DNA of 64,000 bases from the IMG/VR virus record IMGVR_UViG_3300034375_007061, positions 1 to 64,000 of that record. One strand, given 5' to 3'. How positions within the stretch are numbered: position 1 is the first letter of the stretch; every line of letters starts with the position of its first letter. Shown piece by piece: positions 49,241-59,771 of this stretch. The notes beneath the pieces were generated by a model that saw only the letters and a list, made by a program, of their open reading frames with translations, was not told the origin of the DNA and made no database searches. The DNA comes from a virus (taxonomy: Duplodnaviria; Caudoviricetes). The translations under genes were made by a program, and so were the position numbers.

Positions 49241-52200
49241 ATGGCATTACCACAATGGACGGTTGCAACAGGTGCAGAATTAGCAACTTTTCAAGAACGC
49301 ACAAATGTAGATATTGCTTTACCTTTAGATAGTACTGAAGGTATTACAATAAGTCATATTGCTGGTACTATACCTCCAGGCTTGAGAATAGAAAATTATA
49401 ATTTAAAAGGAGTGCCTTTTGAAGTAGGAAAAACTACAGAATTTGAGTTTGTTGTAAGAGCAAGCAATGATGAAGGTATTGCTGATAGAACTTTACGTGT
49501 AAGAATTGAAGGCGAAGATGCACCACGTTGGATTACTCCTGCAGGTGATCTAGCAATTAGCACAACTCTAAGAAACAAGTATTGGATTGACACAGAAAAT
49601 ACCAATTGGGGAATATTTGCAACAGGCGACACTAGTGTTTTTACTGCACAAACAATCACAATTTACAAAGGTATTCCAAGTAGAGACACAGGAGAAAATG
49701 GAGATTTTGCTTTTGTTACCGATGTACAACAATTTTGGTATAAAACAAATGATCGTTGGTATAGAGTTAACGAAACACAAATGAAAGGAGCTCTTGGAAC
49801 TGATACCGTATTAAAAGTTGATGCTACAACTCCTAATGCAAACTTAACAGACTTTTGGTTTAATTTAAACAAAACTACAAACGGACTTAATTTAAGATTT
49901 AGATTTTATGACGAATCTGGCAACTCACCTGTTTGGAAAAATGTTGATTATACCGTAAGTAAAACAGCACCAATTGATCCTATAAACGATCAACTTTGGG
50001 TGCAAGTTTTTGATAACACATTTGATTTTATAATAAAAATATATGACTCTTTAGAAAAGAACTGGGAAGTTCTTAATGTAATATTTGACAACACACCTCC
50101 AGACAGAGTAAACCAAGCATATTTTGTTTTAGATAGTAGTGTTGTAGATTTCCAATTGCAAGCTATAGACAGCGATTTAGCAGCAGGAGAAAAGTTAAGA
50201 TTTTTCATAGGTGACGATGATGGCGAGTTGCCTCCTGGTTTGAGTCTATCAGAAGATGGTAGAATTACCGGTATTGTAGATCCTATATTAGCACTTGACA
50301 TCGATGCAGAACCAGGGTATGATAGCGGAACATATGATAATAATCCATTAGACTTTGGCAATATAGCAGACGACGATGGGTTTGATAGTTATTTTTATGA
50401 CACAACTTTTTATGGATTTAGTACTCCTACTAGAGCTCCAAAAAAATTAAACAGATATTATAATTTTAGAGTTACGGTGGAAGATGATGTAAGTTCAGTA
50501 AAACGTGAGTTTAGAATGTATGTTGTAGGAGATGATTTTTTAAGAGCTGATAATACTATTATGAAATCCGGTACTGGTTTGTTTACAGCAGACAGCACAT
50601 ACTTACGTAAACCTATTTGGTTGACACCTGGAAATCTAGGATTCAAACGTGCTGATAATTATGTTACACTATTTTTAGATGTGTTTGATCCAAATTCACT
50701 TTTAGGCACAATTAGTTATAGTATAATGCCATTTAATGATGACGGCACACCAAGTGTCATTCCTCCAGGTTTAAAATTAGATGGACTAACAGGTGAGCTT
50801 GCAGGTATTATACCATATCAACCATCAGTTACAAAAGAATATCGTTTTACTATTGAAGCACTAAGACAAGAAAGTGATAGCAATGATATAGTAGAAATTA
50901 ACACAAGTATCATAGAAGACACATTATCTGGTAAATCAAATATTAAAATTAGGAAATTGCCAACGACCAGAGATGATGGTATAAGTGACTTAGATAGTTT
51001 ATTAGGTCAGACAATTAACATTGATAATAACATGTATGATGTTGAATCTGTTAGTGATATGAACGAGGATTATGATGTCTTAGAACTATCAAGACCATTA
51101 GAACCTACATATAAAGCAAGTAAACCATTAGAAATCTATAGAGATGCAATTAATGGTGATGGATTTTTATATGTTAAAGAATTAAGTCAAGCAGATTTAG
51201 ATTTTTATAAAAACAAAACATTAAATTACTCTTCGACAGAATCGTACAAATTAGTGGATGATTATTTAACTACAACATTATGGAAAGAATATGTTGAATA
51301 TGAAATACAATCGGATGATAGTAGCGGAGATTTACAATTTAACTACACTTTAGCTGGAATTGAACCAGTTCCGGGTGAAACATTTAGAGAAGCATTTGAA
51401 AGATATTTGCTTACATTTGATGTTACAACAAGTGAATACAGAATTATCACATTTAGCGATAGATATATAAATTTTGAAATATTAAGCACTGATAAAACAA
51501 GAACAAGAAATAAATTTGTTAGTGTAATTAGCAGTGACGATAGCAGTGTTGTAAACACCACACGTAGTGATCCTTTTTACAAAGTTCCTTTGAGTGCAAA
51601 TTTAACAAGATCAATTTCAAAAAATACACAAATTACTTTTGGTGCTTTAGCTCAAACATTAATTGTACAAAGAATAAGCACAACTAATATAGAGGTTGTA
51701 TCTACACAGAAAACATTTACAATAAATGTTTTAGGAGATGTATCAAGTGAAATTAACTGGATAACTGGTAACGATTTAGGTAATATACTTGCTAACAGAA
51801 TCAGTACATTGAAAATAGAGGCAACTACAACATTGGAAGGGTCTTCATTACGATATGATTTGATTGGTGGTAAACTTCCATTTGGTTTAACATTAAAACG
51901 TGATGGTGAACTTGTTGGTAAAGCAAACCAATATAGTAATTCACAAGGGTTAGGTCTGACTACAATTGACTCACGTACTACGACATTTGACGGTAGTACT
52001 ACAACTATTGACAGGAAATATAGATTTAAGGTTTTGGCTAGAGATCGTTTTGGTTATAGTGCAAGTGTGCGTGAATTTACTCTTGTAGTCAATGATGTTG
52101 ATTCTAAAGTATATTCAAATGTATTCATGCAACCATTTCCTAATATTACACAAAAAACTGCATTCGAATCATTTATAAATGACTATAGAGTTTTCACTCC

Positions 52201-53128
52201 TGAATACATTTACAGACCATTTGATGAAAATTTTGGGGTACAAAAAAATCTTCGTACACTAGCCTATGCAGGAATAGAAGCTAAATCTATAAGTTACTTT
52301 GTAGCTGCTGCTACAAAAAATCATAAGAAAAAGCAGTTTAGATTTGGAGAATTAAAAACTGCCATAGCAAAAAAACCTGGTACAAACGATGTTGTCTATG
52401 AAGTTGTATATGTTGAAATTGTTGATCCTATGCAACCAAATGTAGGAAACACAAATTTTACGGTAAGGTCTAAAACAGGAGAAGCATTAAAAGTCAATGA
52501 TGTAAAATTAGAAACTAAAGATGATGTTACTGCTATAGATGAAGGTGCTGATGTTTATACTATTACGCCAAGAGACGGTGAAATTATACGTATTCCAACT
52601 AGTCAAGGAACTATTTCTATTACTACAAGAGAAGGAGTAGTAGAGGTACCAGCACAAGCACAATTAGAAATTGTTGCACAAGATGGTACAATAATTGTAT
52701 TTAGATCAACAGGTACAACTGCTGCTAATGATACAGCTACAAATAGACTGAGACCAAAATATGATGTAATTACTATTGATAATAACAGCATACTTGTAAG
52801 TCAAAATGCAAATGTACTACGTTATATTAGTAACATAGGAAATATGCGAAAGCGAATAGAAGAAATAGGAGCAAATGAAAGAGAATATTTGCCTCTTTGG
52901 ATGCGTAGTAGTCAAACCACTACAGGACAAGAACTTGATTATGTTACAGCAATGCCATTATGTTTCTGTAAACCAGGAACAGGTGAGTTGGTAAAAGAAA
53001 ATATTATCAATAATGGATTTGAGTTTAATCAAATTAAATACGAAATTGACAGATATATTGTAAGTAATACAGCTAATAACGAAAATGAACAATTTGTTGT
53101 ATTTGGAAATTATAAGTATAATGTTTAA
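49241..53128 (+). CDS. Baseplate wedge-like protein with Ig/cadherin-like repeats
   Basis: Repeated P.W.T..G.L and G.LPPGL.L..G.I.G units. Confidence 0.65.
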   Translation: MALPQWTVATGAELATFQERTNVDIALPLDSTEGITISHIAGTIPPGLRIENYNLKGVPFEVGKTTEFEFVVRASNDEGIADRTLRVRIEGEDAPRWITPAGDLAISTTLRNKYWIDTENTNWGIFATGDTSVFTAQTITIYKGIPSRDTGENGDFAFVTDVQQFWYKTNDRWYRVNETQMKGALGTDTVLKVDATTPNANLTDFWFNLNKTTNGLNLRFRFYDESGNSPVWKNVDYTVSKTAPIDPINDQLWVQVFDNTFDFIIKIYDSLEKNWEVLNVIFDNTPPDRVNQAYFVLDSSVVDFQLQAIDSDLAAGEKLRFFIGDDDGELPPGLSLSEDGRITGIVDPILALDIDAEPGYDSGTYDNNPLDFGNIADDDGFDSYFYDTTFYGFSTPTRAPKKLNRYYNFRVTVEDDVSSVKREFRMYVVGDDFLRADNTIMKSGTGLFTADSTYLRKPIWLTPGNLGFKRADNYVTLFLDVFDPNSLLGTISYSIMPFNDDGTPSVIPPGLKLDGLTGELAGIIPYQPSVTKEYRFTIEALRQESDSNDIVEINTSIIEDTLSGKSNIKIRKLPTTRDDGISDLDSLLGQTINIDNNMYDVESVSDMNEDYDVLELSRPLEPTYKASKPLEIYRDAINGDGFLYVKELSQADLDFYKNKTLNYSSTESYKLVDDYLTTTLWKEYVEYEIQSDDSSGDLQFNYTLAGIEPVPGETFREAFERYLLTFDVTTSEYRIITFSDRYINFEILSTDKTRTRNKFVSVISSDDSSVVNTTRSDPFYKVPLSANLTRSISKNTQITFGALAQTLIVQRISTTNIEVVSTQKTFTINVLGDVSSEINWITGNDLGNILANRISTLKIEATTTLEGSSLRYDLIGGKLPFGLTLKRDGELVGKANQYSNSQGLGLTTIDSRTTTFDGSTTTIDRKYRFKVLARDRFGYSASVREFTLVVNDVDSKVYSNVFMQPFPNITQKTAFESFINDYRVFTPEYIYRPFDENFGVQKNLRTLAYAGIEAKSISYFVAAATKNHKKKQFRFGELKTAIAKKPGTNDVVYEVVYVEIVDPMQPNVGNTNFTVRSKTGEALKVNDVKLETKDDVTAIDEGADVYTITPRDGEIIRIPTSQGTISITTREGVVEVPAQAQLEIVAQDGTIIVFRSTGTTAANDTATNRLRPKYDVITIDNNSILVSQNANVLRYISNIGNMRKRIEEIGANEREYLPLWMRSSQTTTGQELDYVTAMPLCFCKPGTGELVKENIINNGFEFNQIKYEIDRYIVSNTANNENEQFVVFGNYKYNV

Positions 53129-53161
53129 GGTGATAAATATATTTGTTAGAGAGGAATAATA

Positions 53162-53773
53162 ATGGCCAGTAATATTAGTGTTGAGCAAATTGATGTAAAT
53201 TTTCCAATTGCAGGACAAGATAATGATTCACAAGGATTTAGAGATAATTTTAATATTATCGAAAATAATTTTGTAGAAGCAAGGGGTGAAATTAATGCTT
53301 TGCAAGCAAATACTATTTTAAAAGGTCCTTTGGCATCAGGGGATGTTATTGATAACAATTTTAATAACGAAACAATCTATAGATATGTTGCGAAAGAGCA
53401 ATCATTAACACATACTAACAGACTCTCTGGTATTTCTGCCGATGCTGAATTAAGTTTTCAGTCTGGTCACTATTTTACAATTACCGCACAAGCCAATATT
53501 ACATTAACAATAAACGGATGGCCTACTAATGACGAATATTCAGAATTGTATATTCATGTTTATGGTGACGGTGGTGCAACAAGGACGGTAACATTTGCAA
53601 GTGAGTATGGTGCAAGTCAAAGTAGTTTAATGCAAGTTGATGCATCTTTTAGTGGTAGTCCACAAATTACCACAACACTAGCAAGCAACGACAGCACTTT
53701 AATTAAAGCATTTACTTATAACAATGGTGGTAAAGTGTTTTTGCAAAACTTAGGTGCATATTCTCAAGTATGA
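53162..53773 (+). CDS. Virion structural protein
   Basis: FPIAGQDNDSQGFRDNF N-terminus; TAAATA upstream. Confidence 0.6.
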   Translation: MASNISVEQIDVNFPIAGQDNDSQGFRDNFNIIENNFVEARGEINALQANTILKGPLASGDVIDNNFNNETIYRYVAKEQSLTHTNRLSGISADAELSFQSGHYFTITAQANITLTINGWPTNDEYSELYIHVYGDGGATRTVTFASEYGASQSSLMQVDASFSGSPQITTTLASNDSTLIKAFTYNNGGKVFLQNLGAYSQV

Positions 53774-54006
53774 TTCATCCTTTACAAGAAAATCTTGCAG
53801 AATATTCTGACGCAGTTTTAGAACAAAAACTTCTAAAATTAAATCATATGTATTTTGTTACGGATAATCCAGATGTAAGACATCAAATGATATTGTTAAT
53901 GGATGGATATAAATTAGAATTAGAAGCAAGAAGAACTGCTGCTAAGTTAAAACAACAACAAGAAAATGGTGATAATTCTCTTGACGATTTAATAAACGTG
54001 TCATAA
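53770..54006 (+). CDS. Hypothetical protein
   Basis: Coupled ORF. Confidence 0.55.
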   Translation: MIHPLQENLAEYSDAVLEQKLLKLNHMYFVTDNPDVRHQMILLMDGYKLELEARRTAAKLKQQQENGDNSLDDLINVS

Positions 54007-54015
54007 AATACATAT

Positions 54016-54549
54016 ATGCTTATGAGAACTGATGATTTAGGTATCCCACGATTTAGTAATCGCGATTTAATCGATATGATTTATAGTGGTCAATCGGATA
54101 AAGTTCATGTGGTATTGTGTAATCCAAGTGATGACGTAGACAAATTTAATGCGGCAATGGAAGAACAAGGGTTTAACAAACTACAGAAGTATATTCCACT
54201 AGATGTAGATCAAAAGACTTTTGACGGTGTATGTCAAAGTGAATGGTTTATGCCTGATGAATATAAAGCGATTAGCGTATATGAATATGTTCTAGGTAAA
54301 GCAGAAACACCTTGTCCACAACACGTACAAGATCGCATTTGGGAAGAACTAGATGCTTTTAAAGAACGTAATATGCATAACTTACTACGCTATATGATCT
54401 ATCTTGTAGATTTTATGCGTGAGAACGATATTGTATGGGGTGTAGGACGTGGATCTAGTGTAGCAAGTTATGTATTGTATTTGATTGGTGTACACAGAAT
54501 TGATAGCATAAAATACAATTTAGACTGGCGTGAATTTTTACGTGACTAA
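54016..54549 (+). CDS. DNA polymerase III alpha (DnaE) palm fragment, stand-alone ORF
   Basis: R..EEL, LVDFMRENDIVWGVGRGSSVASYVLYLIGVHRID..KYNL..REFL. Confidence 0.8.
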   Translation: MLMRTDDLGIPRFSNRDLIDMIYSGQSDKVHVVLCNPSDDVDKFNAAMEEQGFNKLQKYIPLDVDQKTFDGVCQSEWFMPDEYKAISVYEYVLGKAETPCPQHVQDRIWEELDAFKERNMHNLLRYMIYLVDFMRENDIVWGVGRGSSVASYVLYLIGVHRIDSIKYNLDWREFLRD

Positions 54550-54569
54550 ATATGTGTATATTTTAGGAG

Positions 54570-55007
54570 ATGCCAATGGCAATGAAACAAAAAGGTCGTA
54601 AGACATATAGGAGTATGAAAGGTAAGGTTGTTGATTTAGACTTGCTGATCAAACGCAATGAACTCACACCTGCTGTCGGTAATGCTCGTGTAAATGCTCG
54701 TGGCGACGAATTAGGTCCTGGCGGTAAAATTATTCGTAAAAGAGAAGAAGTGATGCAGGACTACTATAAAGGATCGGCACCTGTTGTTCACGAAAGTGCA
54801 GAAGTAGATGCACCTGTTGAAACAAAATTAACATCAGCAGAAGTTCAAAAACTTGCTGAATTTGACGAAGAACCTGTTCCGCCAAAACCACAAGCACAAG
54901 CACAAGCACAACCAAAAAAAGCATCAGCAACTACAAGCAAAAATACTTCTTCTACGCCTGAATGGGTGGAAGATGAAGATGGAAATTTTGTAAAAAAAGG
55001 TGAATAA
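54570..55007 (+). CDS. Conserved hypothetical phage protein
   Basis: AVGNARVNARGDELGPGG; AGGAG RBS. Confidence 0.65.
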   Translation: MPMAMKQKGRKTYRSMKGKVVDLDLLIKRNELTPAVGNARVNARGDELGPGGKIIRKREEVMQDYYKGSAPVVHESAEVDAPVETKLTSAEVQKLAEFDEEPVPPKPQAQAQAQPKKASATTSKNTSSTPEWVEDEDGNFVKKGE

Positions 55008-55405
55008 TGGCAATTAACACAAATATTATTAATGGTAAATTATCTCCAATTGGTAACAGAGTGATAGTAAGTAATATGTATTTTGGAGAACAAAAAACCA
55101 AAGGTGGATTAATCATTAGAGATGATGATGGTACTACAAGAGGTATTTATCCACGTTGGGGTCAAGTCCATTCTAAAGGCCCTGATAACATTGACGATTA
55201 TCAAGTAGGCGATTGGGTTTTAGTTGAACACGGACGTTGGACAAGAAGTGTAAAAATCGATGAAGGCAAAGGTGAGACTGAACTACGTATGGTAGAAGCA
55301 GAAAGTATTTTAGGATTTAGTAAAGAAAAACCAAATGATGTGCAGTTTGGTGCAGAATATTCTGACGGTCCTGCAGAAATCAAACCTGAATCATTTGTAA
55401 ACTAA
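55007..55405 (+). CDS. groES: Co-chaperonin GroES-like protein
   Basis: LSPIGNRVIV, TKGGLII, VGDWVL. Confidence 0.75.
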   Translation: MAINTNIINGKLSPIGNRVIVSNMYFGEQKTKGGLIIRDDDGTTRGIYPRWGQVHSKGPDNIDDYQVGDWVLVEHGRWTRSVKIDEGKGETELRMVEAESILGFSKEKPNDVQFGAEYSDGPAEIKPESFVN

Positions 55406-55414
55406 GAGGTTGTA

Positions 55415-55774
55415 ATGACAAATCCATTTGAAGATATTGAACGCTTTGGCTCAGCGTGTGATCAAGAGCCATCAGAAGCAAACTATGATATGTATCTCAG
55501 CCTTATTGCAGAAGAATACAACGAACTTGCAGATGCTATTGCAGCAGATAATCGTGTAGAACAACTAGATGCACTAATCGATATTCTTGTTGTTACTATG
55601 GGTGCTATACGTGCCGGTGGCTACGATGGTGAAGGTGCTTGGCGTGAAGTAATGGATACTAACTTTGCAAAGATTGACCCAGACACAGGTAAAGTTCGCA
55701 AACGTGAAGATGGCAAGGTACTAAAGCCAGAAGGTTGGGAACCACCACAACTTGCTAAATTTATAGGAGATTGA
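55415..55774 (+). CDS. MazG-like/PRA-PH NTP pyrophosphohydrolase
   Basis: LIAEEYNEL, DALIDILVV, V..TNFAK, REDGKVLKP. Confidence 0.85.
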   Translation: MTNPFEDIERFGSACDQEPSEANYDMYLSLIAEEYNELADAIAADNRVEQLDALIDILVVTMGAIRAGGYDGEGAWREVMDTNFAKIDPDTGKVRKREDGKVLKPEGWEPPQLAKFIGD

Positions 55775-55775
55775 T

Positions 55776-56459
55776 ATGAATACTAGAACAATGACCAGTG
55801 CTTACTATGACGAAGCACTGAGAACTTTTATGCTTGCACTATATAACTACACTGCAATTGGTTTGGCAATTACAGGTTTAGTTGCATATCTAACTTATGC
55901 AAGTGGATTAATGTACGCAATGGGTCCACTAATGTGGGTAGCAGTGTTTGCTCCACTTGGTATGATCCTATACTATAGTTTTGCTGGACAAAACTGGAGT
56001 TTTGAAACTACAAGAACTTTCTACTATGTGTTTACAGCAGTAATGGGCATTAGTATGAGCACAATCTTTGCTGTATATACAGCAATCAGTATTGCTCAAG
56101 TGTTCTTTATTACAGCAGCAACATTTGCTAGTGCTAGTTTGTATGGTTATACTACCAAAAAAGACCTAAGCGGTTGGGGTAGTTTTTTACTAGTTGGATT
56201 GATTGGTATTATCATTGCAAGCATTGTTAATATCTTTTTGCAAAGCAGTGCTCTTGAATTTGCAGTAAGTGTGATTGGGGTGTTGATTTTTACAGGTCTT
56301 ACAGCATACGATACACAACATGCTAAAAGTATGTTTGTAAGTGGACGTATGAACGCAAAAGAAACAGCCAAATTTGCTATTCAAATGGCACTGAGCTTGT
56401 ATCTAAACTTTATCAATCTATTCCAAATGTTGCTGAGTTTACTCGGCAATAGAGAATGA
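55776..56459 (+). CDS. Bax inhibitor-1/YccA family membrane protein
   Basis: 7 TMs, YGYTTKKDLS, AYDTQ, ALSLYLNFINLF. Confidence 0.9.
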   Translation: MNTRTMTSAYYDEALRTFMLALYNYTAIGLAITGLVAYLTYASGLMYAMGPLMWVAVFAPLGMILYYSFAGQNWSFETTRTFYYVFTAVMGISMSTIFAVYTAISIAQVFFITAATFASASLYGYTTKKDLSGWGSFLLVGLIGIIIASIVNIFLQSSALEFAVSVIGVLIFTGLTAYDTQHAKSMFVSGRMNAKETAKFAIQMALSLYLNFINLFQMLLSLLGNRE

Positions 56460-57070
56460 TTCTTTGTGACGTAGAATTTGAACTACCAAAAGGCCCTGTC
56501 GGTGTGTTGTGCAGCGGCGGGGCTGATAGTTCATTAATCCTTTATTTGTTAATGAAACATAGTAATCAACCATTACATGTCCTTACAATGGCAAATAGAA
56601 AAAAACATTTTACTAATGCTATAGTTGTAAGTAAAGTAATAGATTGGTGTATGAAAAAAACAAACAATAATAATATTGTACATACCGTAAAATACGTCGA
56701 TGAGCAAACAGACGAGCAATTACAACAACTAACAATTCAACATCTAAAAGTATTCCGTACAATTTACATTGGTGATACTTGTTATCCACCAGAAGATATA
56801 CATGATGAATTTGTACAAAATACAGGCGATAGTTTTAATAAACTAGAAGATAGAAAACCAAATAAAAATCGTGCAACAAAAGCAGGGCCAATATATGTTC
56901 CATTTACAAATTATAACAAAAGAAAAATAGCCGAAATATACGAACATCTTGATATTATGGAACTTGCAGATATTACTCGCAGTTGCGAAACATTTGAAGA
57001 TATTGGTACAAAACATTGTGGTAACTGCTGGTGGTGCAAAGAAAGAGAATGGGCTTTTGATAAACGGTAA
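56456..57070 (+). CDS. QueC-like PP-loop ATPase
   Basis: SGGADS, TRSC, HCGNCWWCKER. Confidence 0.7.
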   Translation: MILCDVEFELPKGPVGVLCSGGADSSLILYLLMKHSNQPLHVLTMANRKKHFTNAIVVSKVIDWCMKKTNNNNIVHTVKYVDEQTDEQLQQLTIQHLKVFRTIYIGDTCYPPEDIHDEFVQNTGDSFNKLEDRKPNKNRATKAGPIYVPFTNYNKRKIAEIYEHLDIMELADITRSCETFEDIGTKHCGNCWWCKEREWAFDKR

Positions 57071-57914
57071 AATTATTAATGACAAAATTCTAGTGCATAC
57101 AGCTCAATGGTATATTACTCATACATGTAATATATCATGTAATCATTGTTTGAGTTACAATAACTATAATATTAAAGGACATGACAATTTTAAAGAAAAT
57201 TTAATTTATGCTAAAGAATGGGCTAAAAAAATTATAATCAAAGACTTTACAATTGTAGGAGGCGAAGTTTTTACACACAATAACCTTAATCAATGGGTTT
57301 TTGGCTTACGAGAAATTTTTCCTGACATAGAAAATTTTAAAGTTCTTACCAACGGTACCGTACTATCAAAGTATGCAGATAGCTTTGATAAATGGTTTGA
57401 AAAAAATATAATTATTGAAATTAGTTTTAAAAGAGAAGAAGATTATAATGATCTTTACGAAATTTTAAAAAGATATAAAAATGTTGAACGTAAAATTCAC
57501 TTTATGTATGATGAGGCAATCTATATAAACGGTAAACTTTGTTTCTTAGTTGAATATTGTGACTCGCATATGCAATGGGGAATAAAAGAATACAAAGAAG
57601 GATTTTATGAATTTTATAATAGTAATAGCGAAGAAGCTCATAAATCATGCTGGCAAAAAGATTGTCACTATTTTTACAAAGGCAATTTATACAAATGCGG
57701 AACTATTGTTGGTGCTCAAGAATTTGTAAAAAACTTTCCTGTAAAAGAGCATATTAAAAGTAGAATAAATGGATATGCACCTTTGAAATATGATCATCCT
57801 GAGTTACTTGAACAAATTAAATCTTTAAATAATCATATTCCACAATGCTCATTGTGTCCATCTATTGCTTTAGATGATAAATTAGTTGTTGACAATAAGA
57901 AAATATTGCCGTAA
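56949..57914 (+). CDS. Radical SAM protein (start uncertain)
   Basis: CNISCNHC, VGGE, TNG, C-terminal CSLC. Confidence 0.8.
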   Translation: MILWNLQILLAVAKHLKILVQNIVVTAGGAKKENGLLINGKIINDKILVHTAQWYITHTCNISCNHCLSYNNYNIKGHDNFKENLIYAKEWAKKIIIKDFTIVGGEVFTHNNLNQWVFGLREIFPDIENFKVLTNGTVLSKYADSFDKWFEKNIIIEISFKREEDYNDLYEILKRYKNVERKIHFMYDEAIYINGKLCFLVEYCDSHMQWGIKEYKEGFYEFYNSNSEEAHKSCWQKDCHYFYKGNLYKCGTIVGAQEFVKNFPVKEHIKSRINGYAPLKYDHPELLEQIKSLNNHIPQCSLCPSIALDDKLVVDNKKILP

Positions 57915-57942
57915 TATGTATTAGTAAAAATACGGAGTATAT

Positions 57943-58482
57943 ATGTCTATTCATGCAATGATTGATCTAGAAACACTAGATGTTACGCCAAGTGCAGCAG
58001 TTCTTACCGTTGGTGGAGTTAAGTTTGATCCTAATAGTGATGCAGAACCACACAGCGAATTTTACTTCAAGTTAGATTTAGATGCACAAAGTAGTCGCAA
58101 GGTCAATGATAGTACTATTGCGTGGTGGGGACAACAAGATTCTAAGGTGCAGGAAGAAGCGTTCAGCGAAGATGGTAGAACACATCCACAAGTGTTTCTA
58201 GATCATTTGCCTAAATGGATGGTAGGAGTAGATGTATTATGGGGACATGGCTACGGTTTTGACATTACAATTATCGAAGACATGCTAAGACAACTTGGTA
58301 AACCTATTCCTTGGCAATTTTGGCAAGTGCGTGATAGCCGTACATTGTTTGCTTGTTGTAAAACGGATCCACGTAAATCCATGCAAAGCGACTTGCATAA
58401 TGCACTAGCAGACGCATACTTTCAAGCAAAAGGTGTTCAAATGGCATACAAGGAACTAGGGTTATGCGAATCGAAGGTCTAA
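57943..58482 (+). CDS. DEDDh 3'-5' exonuclease
   Basis: MIDLETL, FDI, RDSRT, HNALADA. Confidence 0.85.
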   Translation: MSIHAMIDLETLDVTPSAAVLTVGGVKFDPNSDAEPHSEFYFKLDLDAQSSRKVNDSTIAWWGQQDSKVQEEAFSEDGRTHPQVFLDHLPKWMVGVDVLWGHGYGFDITIIEDMLRQLGKPIPWQFWQVRDSRTLFACCKTDPRKSMQSDLHNALADAYFQAKGVQMAYKELGLCESKV

Positions 58483-58691
58483 CACAAGCACAATGCGACA
58501 TGCTAGATGCAATGTGGGCATTAGATACTGCTGAAGAATTGTATAATTACTTTCAAACTTTAAGTAATGAAGAATATCAAATAGCTATTACATTACAAGA
58601 AATACTTATTCAAGAATGCGAAGAAGATGAAGTAAAAAATACTAATATGGCAAAACAAATGCTACAAAGCATTGGAGTAAAACTTGCTTAG
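58464..58691 (+). CDS. Hypothetical protein
   Basis: Coupled ORF. Confidence 0.5.
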   Translation: MRIEGLTQAQCDMLDAMWALDTAEELYNYFQTLSNEEYQIAITLQEILIQECEEDEVKNTNMAKQMLQSIGVKLA

Positions 58692-58741
58692 ATGGTATGA
58701 TTATCCTATAGCATTTTTAGCAGCAGATTTTATATGGGCTA

Positions 58742-59128
58742 GTGTTCAACTTGCTCTATTTCATGGCATGTGGTTGGGTGGCATTGGTGCATATGCTGTT
58801 TATAAATATGGCTGGGATTTTTATTGTAACTGGAGGTATGAACAAGAATATGGAGAATAGTCCTATAAACACACTACAGCAGTTGATGACAATCACAATG
58901 GAAGAGTGTGGTGAACTCGTACAACGTTGTAGTAAAATAATGCGCAAGTATGAAACTTTAGACTTGATTGAAGAAGAACAACGTGTTAAACTAGTGGAAG
59001 AACTAGGGGATGTATTTTGTATGATGGAACTAATGGTTGGACACGGTATTACAGATTGGCGTGAATTGCATGATCGTGCAGATGTAAAGAAAAACAAACT
59101 TAAAAAGTGGAGCACACTGATTAAATGA
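58742..59128 (+). CDS. MazG-like pyrophosphatase (start probably about 58852)
   Basis: MEECGELVQ..SK, EELGDV. Confidence 0.75.
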   Translation: MFNLLYFMACGWVALVHMLFINMAGIFIVTGGMNKNMENSPINTLQQLMTITMEECGELVQRCSKIMRKYETLDLIEEEQRVKLVEELGDVFCMMELMVGHGITDWRELHDRADVKKNKLKKWSTLIK

Positions 59129-59595
59129 AAGTGTATATAGGATCATATCCTAATCATAGGTTTTATCACAACTGGTTATACAACTGGTTTGGGTATTCAC
59201 CTAAGCAACGAACAAGTATAAAGATCCACAAATACGATACGTGGAGTATGGATCATACTCTTGCTCCTATTATCCTGCCTATGCTTGTACAGCTAAGAGC
59301 TACAAAGCACGGCGCTCCTATGGTAGACATGAAAGATGTTCCAAAAGAACTACGTGCTACCAAGAAGCAACTGGACGCATACGGCAAGAACGGTGATGTT
59401 GATCCAAAGCACTTTGATCGTTGGGACTGGATCATGGATGAAATGATCTGGGCGTTCGAACAAAAGTGTCGTGACGATTGGATGGAAGATTACTACTACA
59501 ACAAGTGGGATCAAGAAGGTGTGAAAGCACATCAAGATCGTATGTCGAATGGTTTTAGACTTTTTGGCAAATATTATGAAAATTTGTGGGATTAA
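59125..59595 (+). CDS. Conserved hypothetical phage protein
   Basis: DTWSMDHTLA..ILPML, WDWIMDEMIWAF, GFRLFGKYY..LWD. Confidence 0.7.
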   Translation: MKVYIGSYPNHRFYHNWLYNWFGYSPKQRTSIKIHKYDTWSMDHTLAPIILPMLVQLRATKHGAPMVDMKDVPKELRATKKQLDAYGKNGDVDPKHFDRWDWIMDEMIWAFEQKCRDDWMEDYYYNKWDQEGVKAHQDRMSNGFRLFGKYYENLWD

Positions 59596-59771
59596 AAAAT
59601 GACTAGACTTCGTAAGAAAAGGCTGCTATTGTTAGCAAGAGATGGTGGAGATCACAAACGCTGGTATAGTCAATACTGCAAACTAATGAAAGAAGGCTTG
59701 ATTACTTGGCAAATTGGCATTGCCTTTTTAACAGATGAAGGCGCTATAGAATTGTATGAAATGGAAAACAG

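Noticed and set aside
39755-53358. Many antisense and alternate-frame ORFs within structural genes
   Set aside because: They are shadows of the codon bias of long plus-strand genes, with no RBS or motifs.
54888-54912. CACAAG tandem repeat
   Set aside because: It encodes a QAQAQAQ low-complexity linker; the repeat is short and in frame.
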